64,000 nucleotides of DNA, taken from positions 32,001-96,000 of the forward strand of contig QCUR01000004.1 of the NCBI GenBank assembly GCA_003208875.1, in the 5' to 3' direction. The stretch is from Prochlorococcus sp. AG-679-M23 (GTDB lineage Bacteria > Cyanobacteriota > Cyanobacteriia > PCC-6307 > Cyanobiaceae). A program made the translations under genes and the position numbers. Positions 29,895 to 40,698 of this stretch are shown here, piece by piece (position 1 is the stretch's first letter; each line of letters starts with the position of its first letter). The notes beneath the pieces were generated by a model. The model was not told the DNA's origin and did not search any database. It worked only from the letters and a program-made list of their open reading frames with translations.

Positions 29895-29956
29895 AGAATA
29901 CTTTATATTTCATCAAACGGATGAATTAATAACAAAATTGTAAAGGTTATTAATTC
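29895..29956 (-). promoter_or_regulatory. pcb promoter region: -10-like TATTCT, HLR1-like direct repeat and an 11-bp inverted repeat
   Basis: Minus-strand ATTAATAA-cc-TTTACAAT (29954-29937); inverted repeat GAATTAATAAC-N12-GTTATTAATTC (29923-29956). Confidence 0.45.
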
Positions 29957-30184
29957 TAGGGACTTATAGGAAAGCTAATTTCAATAGGATTTCCGTGAGT
30001 AAAGAACATAGTTTAAATCGAAGAATTAATTAATCAAGCCAAATTTTTATTGCATTTTCAAATAAATTCAAATTTTTATAAATCTTTTTTTGCTGACATA
30101 AGCAATTTTTTGTGTAATAAAAACAAATACATTATTGACCCATGATCTAACAATTACTAAAAAAGGGATAATGTATCGATACTC

Positions 30185-30361
30185 ATGACAACTTCCCAAA
30201 GAACATCAAGAAAAATTTCACTAGAAATGAAATCACAAGGGCATTACAAAAAAGCTGCTAAGTCTTATCGTAAATCAGATCAATATATAAATATGATTAA
30301 CCTATATCCAATACTTCAAAGCACTTTAATTGATTGTGAGGATGAAAATCTAGTAAAATAG
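30185..30361 (+). CDS. Small hypothetical protein, 58 aa (not in the ORF track)
   Basis: MTTSQRTSRKISLEMKSQGHYKKAAKSYRKSDQYINMINLYPILQSTLIDCEDENLVK*. Confidence 0.6.
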   Translation: MTTSQRTSRKISLEMKSQGHYKKAAKSYRKSDQYINMINLYPILQSTLIDCEDENLVK

Positions 30362-30415
30362 TATCTTGCCTGGAATTAATTTTTAATTCTTAAGAGGTTT
30401 TAAATGATTTAGAAA

Positions 30416-30652
30416 TTAAGCTGCATGTTGGTCATATTTTTCTTCAGAATAAAATTCATCAATTATTTTTCTACATAATATTGAATTGTAAAGAACCTCT
30501 GGATTCCATGGTTTTTTTTGTCCAAGAGGAGAGCTTTTCCAATGTATTCCAGGTTTAAAAAAGCCATTCTCCCTTAGATGGGAAAGTTTAATTTCAGTTA
30601 TACCTAAATACTCAGCAGCAGAACAAGATGGATGCCACATATTTTCCAGCAT
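30416..30652 (-). CDS. Small MerR/excisionase-like HTH protein
   Basis: AAEYLGITEIKLSHLRENGFFKPGIHW. Confidence 0.75.
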   Translation of the reverse strand: MLENMWHPSCSAAEYLGITEIKLSHLRENGFFKPGIHWKSSPLGQKKPWNPEVLYNSILCRKIIDEFYSEEKYDQHAA

Positions 30653-30785
30653 TGACTTATTAAATATTATTAATCCTTGATAACGTTAATTCTGTTACTT
30701 TGAAAGGGGAGAAAAGTTTTAAATAATTATTTGATTGTTAAGAATATAGTTTTATGGATATTTTTGACTTTATTTTTTTTTCAAA

Positions 30786-31088
30786 TTAAGTGATATCGAA
30801 TAAAGAATCATTTTTAATAAAGATTTTTTCAATGTCTTCTTTTGAATTATTACTTAATTTGTAATCTGAATAATCTTTAGTAATCGCTTCACTTTTAGGA
30901 AGATTTAGATATCCTTCATTCCAATTCCCACTATTTAACAATTCCTCATTTGAGATTTTTAAACTTATCTCTACATCAATAACAGAAACCATCAAAAATT
31001 TAATTTGATCTTGCTCATTAATTTTATTTACTAAAACAAAATGTCTTAATCCATTAATAGATTTATTAGAAGTCCAGAAATTTTCCAC
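30786..31088 (-). CDS. TIGR02450-type Trp-rich conserved protein
   Basis: FWTS...GLRHFVLVN...WNEGY. Confidence 0.75.
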   Translation of the reverse strand: MENFWTSNKSINGLRHFVLVNKINEQDQIKFLMVSVIDVEISLKISNEELLNSGNWNEGYLNLPKSEAITKDYSDYKLSNNSKEDIEKIFIKNDSLFDIT

Positions 31089-31114
31089 GTATATTAAAAA
31101 CTAATAAACTTTTT

Positions 31115-31372
31115 TTAATCACTTTTAGAAATACTTTTATATTCTTTTCTAATTTCTTCTAATAAAGTTTTCCTTTTTTTTAAGTATGAATTAGATTCGT
31201 TTTTTGATAAATCAAATCTTTCTTTTTTTGTCAAATTCATCCAGTTGTAGAGATTACTTTTATTAAATTTAATATCTTTATCTTTTTTAAAGACTTTTTT
31301 ATATTTATAAAATTTTAAAAATATAAATGAAAACATAATTAACAAAGAGACTAATAAAATGATTTTAAACAT
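31115..31372 (-). CDS. Hypothetical membrane-anchored protein
   Basis: N-terminal TM segment; starts 1 nt after the hisS stop. Confidence 0.7.
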   Translation of the reverse strand: MFKIILLVSLLIMFSFIFLKFYKYKKVFKKDKDIKFNKSNLYNWMNLTKKERFDLSKNESNSYLKKRKTLLEEIRKEYKSISKSD

Positions 31373-31373
31373 T

Positions 31374-32663
31374 TTAAAGGTTTTTATCTAAGATTAAATA
31401 ACTTTTTATCCACTTTTCTAATTTTAAATTATCTTGAATTGATATGATTTCTTCTTTGTTTTCTGAATTATCACTATTAAAAAGCCTAATAACAAATTCA
31501 TTTTTTACTGCTTCATCATCACCAATTACAATAATACTTTTTGATTTTAATTTATTAGCTTTTTTAAATTGCTTTGAAAATGATGCTCCACTAAGATCTA
31601 ATTCTGCTATCAAATCATAATTTCTTAGCTTTCTGGATAATTCCATTGCCAATATTTCAGCATGTATACCTTTATTCACAATATAAATATCTGTTTCTCT
31701 AGTTTCTTCAAGCTCGCTACCACATAAAATAATAAGTCTTTCTAATCCAATTGCAAATCCAATTGCTGGAGTTTCTGCTCCCCCCATTTGACTAAACAAA
31801 CAATCATATCTTCCTCCTCCGCATACTGTAGCTTGAGAACCTAATTTCCCGCTGGTTATTTCAAATGCAGTATGTGTGTAATAGTCTAAACCTCTTACTA
31901 AATTGAAATTTTCGATAAACGGTATTTTAAGGAGCTTTAATTTTTCTTTAATAATTAAATATCTCTCGAGACTTTTTTCAGACAAAAAGTCAAATAATTT
32001 GGGGGCTCCTTCAAGAATTTGTTTTGTCTGAACATTCTTAGTATCTAAAATTCTCAAAGGATTCTTGTCTATTCTCCTTTGAGAATCTAAATCTAAAGAG
32101 TTTTTATTAACCTCTAACCATTTTAAAAATGCCTTTTGAAAGTTTGACCTATCAATATGATCCCCTAAGGTATTAATTTCAAGATTAAGTTCTTTTATTC
32201 CTAATTTATGCAAAATATCCCAAGCCAAAGTAATAATTTCAATATCACTACTTACAGATTCATAACCGATAAATTCAACTCCTAACTGATGAAATTGTCT
32301 TTGCCTTCCTGCTTGAGGTCTCTCATATCTAAACATTGGTCCCATGTACCAAAGTTTCTGAGAAGGTCTAGTTGATATTCCAGGTTGTATTAATGCTCTT
32401 GCCACTGAGGCAGTGCCCTCTGGCCTCAATGTACAGGACCTTTCACCTCTATCTAAAAATGTATACATCTCTTTGCTAACAACATCGGTTCCTTCCCCAA
32501 TACCACGCATAAATAATTCAGTCATTTCTAGTATTGGAGTCCTAATTTCCTTTACAGAAGACCTAAAAAGTTGTTGTATTATTATTTTCTCGACATTTTG
32601 CCACTTTATTAACTGATCAGGTAACAGATCTATAGTTCCTCTAAGATTTTTAAATTTATTCAA
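31374..32663 (-). CDS. hisS: Histidine-tRNA ligase
   Basis: LRPEGTAS, FRYERPQAGRQRQFHQ, VRGLDYY and GGGRYD. Confidence 0.97.
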   Translation of the reverse strand: MNKFKNLRGTIDLLPDQLIKWQNVEKIIIQQLFRSSVKEIRTPILEMTELFMRGIGEGTDVVSKEMYTFLDRGERSCTLRPEGTASVARALIQPGISTRPSQKLWYMGPMFRYERPQAGRQRQFHQLGVEFIGYESVSSDIEIITLAWDILHKLGIKELNLEINTLGDHIDRSNFQKAFLKWLEVNKNSLDLDSQRRIDKNPLRILDTKNVQTKQILEGAPKLFDFLSEKSLERYLIIKEKLKLLKIPFIENFNLVRGLDYYTHTAFEITSGKLGSQATVCGGGRYDCLFSQMGGAETPAIGFAIGLERLIILCGSELEETRETDIYIVNKGIHAEILAMELSRKLRNYDLIAELDLSGASFSKQFKKANKLKSKSIIVIGDDEAVKNEFVIRLFNSDNSENKEEIISIQDNLKLEKWIKSYLILDKNL

Positions 32664-32761
32664 AGTTCTAAATAATAATTCAAAATTTTTTAATTTAAAT
32701 AGAAATTAAATTTTACTGAAATTCTTTATGTCATAATTAAATCTAACATTCATAGAAAATA

Positions 32762-33187
32762 TTGGGAATAACTAATAACAAAGATAGTCAGCATTGTGGA
32801 ACAAAACCAAAAAAATTTGCCTTCGGCATTGCTCCCTTAGGTATCGTTTCTATTGGAATTGTACCAATGGGCGTTATTAGTATTGGGGTAGTGCCAATGG
32901 GTGTTTTTTCTTTTGGTGCTGTTGCTATGGGAATAGTAAATTTATCCGTAGTTGGCATGGGAATAATTTCTGCTGGAATAACCACTATGGGATTATGGGA
33001 ATATTCTCCTAAATCACATGGCCATGAGCATCGTATTCCCTCTGAGAAGACTTCAAATATTAAAAAAGAGACCCTGATGCCAGGCATTTTTAAAACAAAA
33101 GAGGGTGCCGAAAAAGCTGCATCAGAATATGGATGTATCGGCGCGCATAAAATGGGTGAAAAATGGATGCCCTGTAAAATGCACTAA
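32762..33187 (+). CDS. Hypothetical protein with Gly pentapeptide repeats and a DUF3721-like C-terminus
   Basis: (xxxxG)n repeats, HGHEH, and FKTKEGAEKAASEYGCIGAHKMGEKWMPC. Confidence 0.75.
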   Translation: MGITNNKDSQHCGTKPKKFAFGIAPLGIVSIGIVPMGVISIGVVPMGVFSFGAVAMGIVNLSVVGMGIISAGITTMGLWEYSPKSHGHEHRIPSEKTSNIKKETLMPGIFKTKEGAEKAASEYGCIGAHKMGEKWMPCKMH

Positions 33188-33216
33188 AGATTTTTCAATT
33201 TTAAAGAGCTGAAATA

Positions 33217-34029
33217 TTAATCCAATATCTGCACTTTAAAATCAAGACTATTTGCTTCTTCGACTGTTAATTTTTTAGCCCAAGCACCTTGCTTAGGATT
33301 ATTCCAGAGGAATCCTGCCTTCTTTGCTAACGATCTATCTTCATAACTCACTAATGCTTTATATAAAAATCTTGGTTCAGTCGCTTTACTAAGAAGTCCT
33401 TCTAAATTTTCACATTTTTTGAAAACCTCCGAAATATAAAAGCAATCTGATAAAGCTCGATGTAAGCTCCAAACTGGTATTGAAAAAGAAAGTGCAAGAT
33501 CAGTAACTGATGGTCTATTTTTTAAGTTTTTTTGAAATGACCAATTAATATCCTCTAAGCTACAAATCCATTTTTTTTCGAGCTTGGGCAATCTGCCCTT
33601 TCCAAACCATTTTTTATCAAATTCAACATTATGAGCAACTATTAAATCAGAACAATCAACAAGTTTTAAAAAGAAATTTAAGCCGTCCTCCCAAGGTTGT
33701 TTAATATTAGTAACTTCTGCAGATATCCCATTAACATATTCAGCTTTATTTGAACTTACTGGGAATAAGAACGAAACCTGCGAGAGGACAGATTTAGAAT
33801 TTACATTAAATAAAATGCAACCTACCTCAATAATTTCATCTTTATTTTCATCTAAGCCAGTTGTCTCAGTATCAAGAATTAAAATGTTTTCTATTGATTG
33901 ATTTTGATTATTATTTTTGGAGCTTGAGATTGATTTATTTAAAAAATTGGTTTTTTCATTATCATTATTTTTAATTTCATTATTAAGAAAATCTAATTGA
34001 TTTATCTTTTTTTTGTTTGGTAGTTCCAA
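33217..34029 (-). CDS. DEDDh 3'-5' exonuclease (DnaQ-like)
   Basis: ILDTETTG, AHNVEFD and HRALSD. Confidence 0.9.
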   Translation of the reverse strand: MELPNKKKINQLDFLNNEIKNNDNEKTNFLNKSISSSKNNNQNQSIENILILDTETTGLDENKDEIIEVGCILFNVNSKSVLSQVSFLFPVSSNKAEYVNGISAEVTNIKQPWEDGLNFFLKLVDCSDLIVAHNVEFDKKWFGKGRLPKLEKKWICSLEDINWSFQKNLKNRPSVTDLALSFSIPVWSLHRALSDCFYISEVFKKCENLEGLLSKATEPRFLYKALVSYEDRSLAKKAGFLWNNPKQGAWAKKLTVEEANSLDFKVQILD

Positions 34030-34163
34030 TTATCAAAAAAACATCTATTGTATTTTGACGCATTTGATATTATTTTCTTCTAAATTAATAATAATTAAAT
34101 AATTAATGAAAAAAACTAAATCTTGTTGGATATCAACCTAATAATTTGAATATAGAATATTAA

Positions 34164-34886
34164 ATGACTTTTACAAAATATCAATTTAATAATTACTGTT
34201 ATTGGCCTTCAAATCCAAAAAAAATTATAGAATTTATTGGAGGTAGCTATTTAGCATCTAAACCAGATTTAGCTTACAAAAGATTTATAAAAAGCTTAAT
34301 AGATAAAAATTTTGCAGTGCATGCATACAAATACACGCCTCAGTTTGATCATCAAGAACTGGCAATGAGAGCATGGAAAGATTTTAAAAGTTGTCAAAGA
34401 TCCTTATCAAAAAGAATAGGAACATCAATTCCTTCAATAAGAATTGGACATAGCCTTGGTTGTAAACTTCACTTAATTTCTCCAGATGGAGGTAGGAATT
34501 GCGAGAAATTCATATCAATAAGTTTTAATAACTTTAGTGCTAAAAGATCTATACCATTTTTAAAAAAGATTTCTCAAAAATTGGAATTCAATAGTGAATT
34601 CAGCCCAAGCCCAGATAGAACATTTGGAATAATAAAAAAAACTTATTATCAAAAAAATAATTTTCTAATAAAATTTAACTCAGATGAATTAGATCAAACA
34701 GATAAATTACTTTCTTGTCTTAGAGCAAGAAAAGAAGATAACTCAAAAGGGATAAAGCTTAAGGGAACTCATACTATTATTGTTAGCGCAGGACTAAGAG
34801 AAAATTTCTTAGGTGATTGGGCTGACGATGATTTTAAAAGAAATACAATAAAACAAATATCTAATTTGATTGATAAATCAATTTAA
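34164..34886 (+). CDS. DUF1350-family alpha/beta hydrolase
   Basis: [15 protein letters not shown] and SFNN. Confidence 0.85.
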   Translation: MTFTKYQFNNYCYWPSNPKKIIEFIGGSYLASKPDLAYKRFIKSLIDKNFAVHAYKYTPQFDHQELAMRAWKDFKSCQRSLSKRIGTSIPSIRIGHSLGCKLHLISPDGGRNCEKFISISFNNFSAKRSIPFLKKISQKLEFNSEFSPSPDRTFGIIKKTYYQKNNFLIKFNSDELDQTDKLLSCLRARKEDNSKGIKLKGTHTIIVSAGLRENFLGDWADDDFKRNTIKQISNLIDKSI

Positions 34887-36865
34887 GATATTTCCTTTAA
34901 TTTTTCTAAAACAGAACTATCTTCAAGGGTACTAATATCTCCACTTATTTTTTCGCCTTCTGCCAAAGATCTCAAAATTCTTCTCATTATTTTTCCACTA
35001 CGCGTTTTTGGAAGAGAATCTGAAATTATTATTTTTTCTGGTTTAGCAATAATTCCAATTTCATTAACTACATGATTCTTAAACTCCTCAACTAATTCTG
35101 GAGAACTATTTATATCTTTTTCTAAAGATATAAATGCAACAATAGCCTCACCTTTTAAATCATCTTTTCTTCCGACAACAGCAGCTTCCGCAACTGATTT
35201 ATGACTTACTAATGCGGACTCTATTTCCATAGTTCCCAAACGATGCCCGGAAACACTTATAACATCATCGACTCTTCCCATAATCCAAATATATCCATCA
35301 TTATCAATCCGAGCCCCATCTCCAGCGAAATAAACATTTTTTTCCCCTTTAAAAGAAATATATTCCCAATAACTGTCTAAATATCTTTGGGAGTTTTCAT
35401 GAATTGTACGCATCATTCCAGGCCAAGGTTTTTTAACAATCAAATATCCACCCTCATTTTCCAACACCTTTTCTCCATTTTTATCTACAACTTCAACCTC
35501 GATTCCAGGCAAAGAGAATGTTGCAGAACCTGGCTTTGTAGCAACGGCTCCTGGCAAGGGACTTATCATCACACCACCAGTTTCAGTTTGCCACCATGTA
35601 TCTACTATTGGACACTTATTATCACCAATTACCTCTCGATACCACATCCATGCTTCAGGATTAATTGGCTCGCCAACTGATCCCAAAAGTCTCAAAGATC
35701 TTAAATCGTATTGGTCAGGGATTTCACGTCCAGATTTCATAAATGATCTTATCGCTGTTGGCGCTGTATAGAAAATAGTAACTTTGTATTTTTGAATAAT
35801 TTCCCAAAAAGCCCCTAAGTTAGATGCCCTCGGAACACCTTCAAACATAAGAGTTGATGCTCCATTGGATAAAGGTCCATAGACTATATAACTATGGCCA
35901 GTAATCCACCCAACATCTGCTGTACACCAATAGATATCATCATCTTTTATGTCAAAAATCCACTTGAATGTTAGGTGAGACCAGAGATTATAACCAGCAG
36001 TAGTATGAACAACACCCTTTGGTTTACCAGTGGATCCTGAAGTATACAAGACAAATAATCTATCTTCGCTATTCATAATTTCAGGTTCACACCAATCTTT
36101 TTGATCTTTTAATAGTTCGTGCCACCAAAAATCCCTATTGTTTACCATCGAAATATCTTTTTTAGTTCTTTGAACAACAATAACTTTTTCAACAATCTTA
36201 TTTGCCCCACTTTCAATTGCCGCATCAACAGCTTTCTTAAGCTCAATTACCTTATCTTTTCTAAACCCACCATCTGCCGTTATAACAAATCTGGCATTTC
36301 CATCAATTAACCTATCTTTTAACGACTCAGAGGAGAAGCCTCCAAAAACTACGGAATGAGGAGCTCCAATTCTTGCGCAAGCGAGCATGGCAACCATCGC
36401 CTCAGGAATCATTGGCATATAAATACAGACCAAATCACCTTTTTTTATTCCCAAAGATTTGAAAGCATTTGAAGCTTTGCATACTTCTTTGAGAAGTTCT
36501 TGATACGTATATTTCTTGTTATCTCCAGGCTCACCTTCCCATAGAAGCGCTGTTTTATTCCCAATTCCGTTTTTGATATGTCTATCTAAGCAGTTATAAG
36601 TGATATTCAACTTACCTTCCTTAAACCATTTAAAAAAGGGGGCATTTTCTCGGTCTAAAACAGTCTGAAATGGTTCGAACCAATCAATTTCCGAATTTGC
36701 AAAAGATTCCCAGAATTTTGTTGGGTTTTCTAAAGATTGTTTTTTTAAACTTTGTAATTCCTCAAAACTTTTTATATTTGATAAATCTGAGAATTCTTTT
36801 GAAGGGGGGAAGAGTCTATTTTCTTCAAGAATATTGTTGATTGAATGTTTCTTATCTAGTGTCAT
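34883..36865 (-). CDS. acs: Acetyl-CoA synthetase
   Basis: [20 protein letters not shown] and [11 protein letters not shown]. Confidence 0.97.
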   Translation of the reverse strand: MTLDKKHSINNILEENRLFPPSKEFSDLSNIKSFEELQSLKKQSLENPTKFWESFANSEIDWFEPFQTVLDRENAPFFKWFKEGKLNITYNCLDRHIKNGIGNKTALLWEGEPGDNKKYTYQELLKEVCKASNAFKSLGIKKGDLVCIYMPMIPEAMVAMLACARIGAPHSVVFGGFSSESLKDRLIDGNARFVITADGGFRKDKVIELKKAVDAAIESGANKIVEKVIVVQRTKKDISMVNNRDFWWHELLKDQKDWCEPEIMNSEDRLFVLYTSGSTGKPKGVVHTTAGYNLWSHLTFKWIFDIKDDDIYWCTADVGWITGHSYIVYGPLSNGASTLMFEGVPRASNLGAFWEIIQKYKVTIFYTAPTAIRSFMKSGREIPDQYDLRSLRLLGSVGEPINPEAWMWYREVIGDNKCPIVDTWWQTETGGVMISPLPGAVATKPGSATFSLPGIEVEVVDKNGEKVLENEGGYLIVKKPWPGMMRTIHENSQRYLDSYWEYISFKGEKNVYFAGDGARIDNDGYIWIMGRVDDVISVSGHRLGTMEIESALVSHKSVAEAAVVGRKDDLKGEAIVAFISLEKDINSSPELVEEFKNHVVNEIGIIAKPEKIIISDSLPKTRSGKIMRRILRSLAEGEKISGDISTLEDSSVLEKLKEIS

Positions 36866-36962
36866 TAGATGAATCTAGTCAAAATTTATTTATTCAAGTT
36901 AATTATAATTTTCATAGAATTATAATGTATTTTTAACTACAAAAATTTATTTTTTGATAAAT

Positions 36963-37934
36963 CTAGTAAAGACGACTGAGCACAAATTCGGGTAAAGCTA
37001 ACAAAGCTCTCTTATATTCTGATTCAGGGAGCCATAACAATGCCTCTTTTGAATGGAGAGCAAAATCTTCAGCTAATTTTCTAGAACGTTTTATTGCTTG
37101 AGAGTTCATAACAATATTCAAAGCATTATTCAAATCTTCCTTTTCTACAAGTTCTCTATTTATCAGAACAGACAAATTTTCATTTTCTTCTAGAGCATAT
37201 AAAACAGGAGCAGTTAGATAACCACTTGCAAGATCACTTACAGCAGGTTTACCCAATTGTTTATCGTTACCAGTGAAATCAAGGATATCATCGACAACCT
37301 GAAAAGCTAATCCGATATTCTTTCCAAATTCGTATAAGTGATTCAATTGTTCATCTTCTAAATTACATAGAACTCCAGCTGCCTTTGTACTATTTGCAAT
37401 CAAAGAAGCTGTTTTACAATAGCTTTTATTTATATATTTAGAAAAAGTTTGCGCCGAATCGAATCTATTTAGGTTTTGCTTTATTTCACCTTCTGCTAAA
37501 TCCATTATTACTCTACTAAGAAGTTTAACTACTTTTACATTATCTAAATTTGCCAAATGCCAACTAGCTTGAGCAAATAAAAAATCACCAGCTAATACAG
37601 CAACTCTCGTATTAAATCTACTATGAACAGTATCAACACCTCTTCTTGTGGATGCTTCATCTACAACATCGTCATGAACTAATGATGCTGTATGAATCAT
37701 TTCAGTAATCTCTGCAAGTCTTTTATGTTTGGTTGTCAAAGTAAAATCCTGAGAAATAGCTTTTGAAATCAATAAAACTATCCCAGGTCTTAACCTTTTT
37801 CCACCCGCACTAAATAAGTGTTCAGCGGCTGCTTGAAGAATTGGATGACCAGCACCTATTAAGTTTTTCAGTTCGAGAATAAGATCATCAAGATCATTTT
37901 CAACTGGTTGTAGAAGTTCTGTTACTGTATTCAT
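36963..37934 (-). CDS. sds: Solanesyl diphosphate synthase
   Basis: GGKRLRP, HDDVVD and QVVDDILD. Confidence 0.93.
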   Translation of the reverse strand: MNTVTELLQPVENDLDDLILELKNLIGAGHPILQAAAEHLFSAGGKRLRPGIVLLISKAISQDFTLTTKHKRLAEITEMIHTASLVHDDVVDEASTRRGVDTVHSRFNTRVAVLAGDFLFAQASWHLANLDNVKVVKLLSRVIMDLAEGEIKQNLNRFDSAQTFSKYINKSYCKTASLIANSTKAAGVLCNLEDEQLNHLYEFGKNIGLAFQVVDDILDFTGNDKQLGKPAVSDLASGYLTAPVLYALEENENLSVLINRELVEKEDLNNALNIVMNSQAIKRSRKLAEDFALHSKEALLWLPESEYKRALLALPEFVLSRLY

Positions 37935-37961
37935 AATTGACCTCTTTCATATATTAAAGAA

Positions 37962-38756
37962 TCAATCATTGCTTCGGAGGTTAACCAACTTAATTTCTTT
38001 ATTAATTTCCAACCAATATTTTACTTTTTTAGAAAAATCTTCAATATTTTGGGTGACAAAAAATTTAATATTATCGTTGGAAGTACTCTCATAACTACAA
38101 TTTTTAGGAATTAAAAATGAATTATTAAAGTTATTTACTAAAGCAACTGAGGGATCAATAATTCTAATATTTGAATGCATTTTACTTTTTAAAACGTCAT
38201 AAATCAAAGGATAATGACTACATCCCAGTATTATCTCTTCAATATTTTCTTTTAATAAAGGATTAATATATAAATCGGATAGATAATTTAATTTATTTAA
38301 GTCTAAGTTTGTTTTTTCTATTTCTGGAACAAATTCAGGACATGCTTGTTGGAATACTTTTACATTTTCTCTCTTTGATTCAATTATTTTTTTATAATAT
38401 GAAGTCTTAATAGTTGCAGGAGTTGCCAAAACACCAATATATTTTTTAGTTACTATTTCTGAAACTGAATTAATTAGATCAAAACAAGGAATTTGTAAGT
38501 TATTTTCTAAAATATCTAAGGCACAAGAATTTGTAGTATTACAAGCTATTAGTAATGCATCCAAATTTTTATCCTCAAACCAATTACAAATATCCTTTGC
38601 GATGTATCTTATTTGTCCAATATTTTTATTTCCATAAGGAACTCTCTTTGTATCTGCCAAATAAAAAACCTCAATATCCCCACGGGTTTTCATTAAAGTA
38701 CTAAGGATCGTAAATCCTCCTATACCACTGTCAAATATTCCAATTTTAAGTTTCAC
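37962..38756 (-). CDS. murI: Glutamate racemase
   Basis: FDSGIGG, IACNT and LGCSHYP. Confidence 0.95.
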   Translation of the reverse strand: MKLKIGIFDSGIGGFTILSTLMKTRGDIEVFYLADTKRVPYGNKNIGQIRYIAKDICNWFEDKNLDALLIACNTTNSCALDILENNLQIPCFDLINSVSEIVTKKYIGVLATPATIKTSYYKKIIESKRENVKVFQQACPEFVPEIEKTNLDLNKLNYLSDLYINPLLKENIEEIILGCSHYPLIYDVLKSKMHSNIRIIDPSVALVNNFNNSFLIPKNCSYESTSNDNIKFFVTQNIEDFSKKVKYWLEINKEIKLVNLRSND

Positions 38757-39844
38757 TATATCCTAGAAAGATATTCAAGAATACCCTTTGTGATTGCATA
38801 AGCTATTCTTTCACGATGGATAGATTTTTCTAGCCTTCTAGCATCTAACCTTCCTGTTAAAAATCCTATTTCTACAAGTACAGCTGGCATTCTGGTATTT
38901 TTAATAACGAAATATCTACCTTGTCTCACGCCTCTATCTGGACTTCCAGGGGAAACTTTAAGTATTTGTTTTTGAATTTTTTTTGCCAATAGTCGTCCTC
39001 TCCAACCGGTGTAATAAAAAGTTTCTAACCCGTTAATATCTCTTCTTTTACCTCTTGAAGCATTCGCATGAATACTTACAAAAATATCAGCATCAGTTTT
39101 GTTAGCTATTGAGACTCTTGGAGGTAAATCTAAATCAATTTCATTATTTCTAGTTAATTTAACCATCACCCCTTTCTCAGATAATAATTTTTTTACTCGT
39201 TTAGAAACATCAAGTACAACATCTGTTTCTCTTAGGCCTCCTATCCCGATTGCTCCTGGATCTGGCCCACCATGACCAGGGTCAATAACAACATAAAACA
39301 TATTACGCTTGATATCCGGTAATTGCAAAAACTTATAATTTCTTCTCCCTGAGTTAATTGGGTTTTGACTAGCCTTAGGATTGTTAGATGATTTATCAAC
39401 AAGACCTTCACCTATTGTCTGAAAAGATTTTTTTGGTAGAGAAAATAGTTTAATTTTCCATCTATTTTTATCAATAGCAACTAACCTCCAATTAAGAGGT
39501 TTTAAATTATTATTTTCCGAAAATTCGATAACTAATCTGGTTTTACCTTTAGTAGGTTTACCTAATCTAATTTCTTTTATAGGACCGTTCCCATCAATAG
39601 TTCTTGGAGTTTTTAGTTCTCCAGGGAAATCTATCCAAAATCTATCCCCAAAAACATTCCCGCCTTTTTGAAAGTAAGCCTTTAATTTTGAATTTGATTT
39701 AGTTCTTAATTCTAAAATCCCATTAGAATTTAAGATCCAAGCTGCTAGTGCACTAGAAGATTTTGCTGGGTAAATACTTGAATTTAAAAGTAAGAAAATT
39801 GATAAACAACGAAAAAGTTTATTAAAAAAAAACTTTGGCATCAT
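38756..39844 (-). CDS. N-acetylmuramoyl-L-alanine amidase (AMIN plus Amidase_3)
   Basis: IDPGHGG, FVSIHANA and VLVEIGF. Confidence 0.93.
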   Translation of the reverse strand: MMPKFFFNKLFRCLSIFLLLNSSIYPAKSSSALAAWILNSNGILELRTKSNSKLKAYFQKGGNVFGDRFWIDFPGELKTPRTIDGNGPIKEIRLGKPTKGKTRLVIEFSENNNLKPLNWRLVAIDKNRWKIKLFSLPKKSFQTIGEGLVDKSSNNPKASQNPINSGRRNYKFLQLPDIKRNMFYVVIDPGHGGPDPGAIGIGGLRETDVVLDVSKRVKKLLSEKGVMVKLTRNNEIDLDLPPRVSIANKTDADIFVSIHANASRGKRRDINGLETFYYTGWRGRLLAKKIQKQILKVSPGSPDRGVRQGRYFVIKNTRMPAVLVEIGFLTGRLDARRLEKSIHRERIAYAITKGILEYLSRI

Positions 39845-40668
39845 TTTGCGAACATTTTAGTTTTCCTATGTTTTAAGCATGGCATCTGCTCTCTTATCTT
39901 TTTCACTCTCTCTTTATCTGCAGGGGCAATTGCTGCTCCTTGTGTTTTTCCTGCATCAGACAAAACAGTCCCCCAAGGGTCTATAACCATGGCATGTCCA
40001 TGACTTTGTCTTCTCCCATAGTGAATACCTGTTTGAGCAGGTGCTACTACATAAGCTGTATTTTCTATCGCTCTTGCTTGAAGTAAAATTTGCCAATGAT
40101 CTTTTCCAGTAAAAGCTGTAAATGCGGCAGGAATCATTATAAGTTCTGCACCTTTCGAAGAAAGGTGCCTGTAAAGTTCAGGAAATCTAACATCGTAACA
40201 AATAGATAACCCTATCTTGCAAAGACCTGGAACATCAATAACTGGAGGAAATTCCTCCCCAGACAAAATAGTTGATGATTCTTTGTACAAATTACCATCA
40301 GGCAAGTCAACATCAAAAAGATGAATTTTGTCATATTTTGCTAGAACCTGACCATCTTTCCCAAAAAGAGCTGATCTATTGAAAGTATGACGATTATCTC
40401 CAGCGGGGACTGGATAACCTCCTCCTAAGAGAAAAACTTGATATCTCTGAGACATCGTTTTTAGAAAATTAGTACACTTTGTTGATAATTCAGAAGCCAT
40501 TCTAAGTTTTTCATTATCTTCACCCAAGAATGCAAAATTCTCTGGCAAGCCTATTAGTTCTGAACCTCTTCTAGAGGCTAATTCAATCTGCTCCTCAGCC
40601 TCAGCAAAATTTGCTTCAACATTAGCAGTACTCCTAATTTGTAAGGCGGCAACTAAAAAATCAGTCAA
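39841..40668 (-). CDS. Carbon-nitrogen hydrolase (Nit1 / deaminated glutathione amidase-like)
   Basis: LPENF, YDKIHLFDV, ICYDVRFPE and ARAIEN. Confidence 0.9.
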   Translation of the reverse strand: MTDFLVAALQIRSTANVEANFAEAEEQIELASRRGSELIGLPENFAFLGEDNEKLRMASELSTKCTNFLKTMSQRYQVFLLGGGYPVPAGDNRHTFNRSALFGKDGQVLAKYDKIHLFDVDLPDGNLYKESSTILSGEEFPPVIDVPGLCKIGLSICYDVRFPELYRHLSSKGAELIMIPAAFTAFTGKDHWQILLQARAIENTAYVVAPAQTGIHYGRRQSHGHAMVIDPWGTVLSDAGKTQGAAIAPADKERVKKIREQMPCLKHRKTKMFAK

Positions 40669-40698
40669 GATCTCACTCCTAAAAAATAAATTCGCGAA

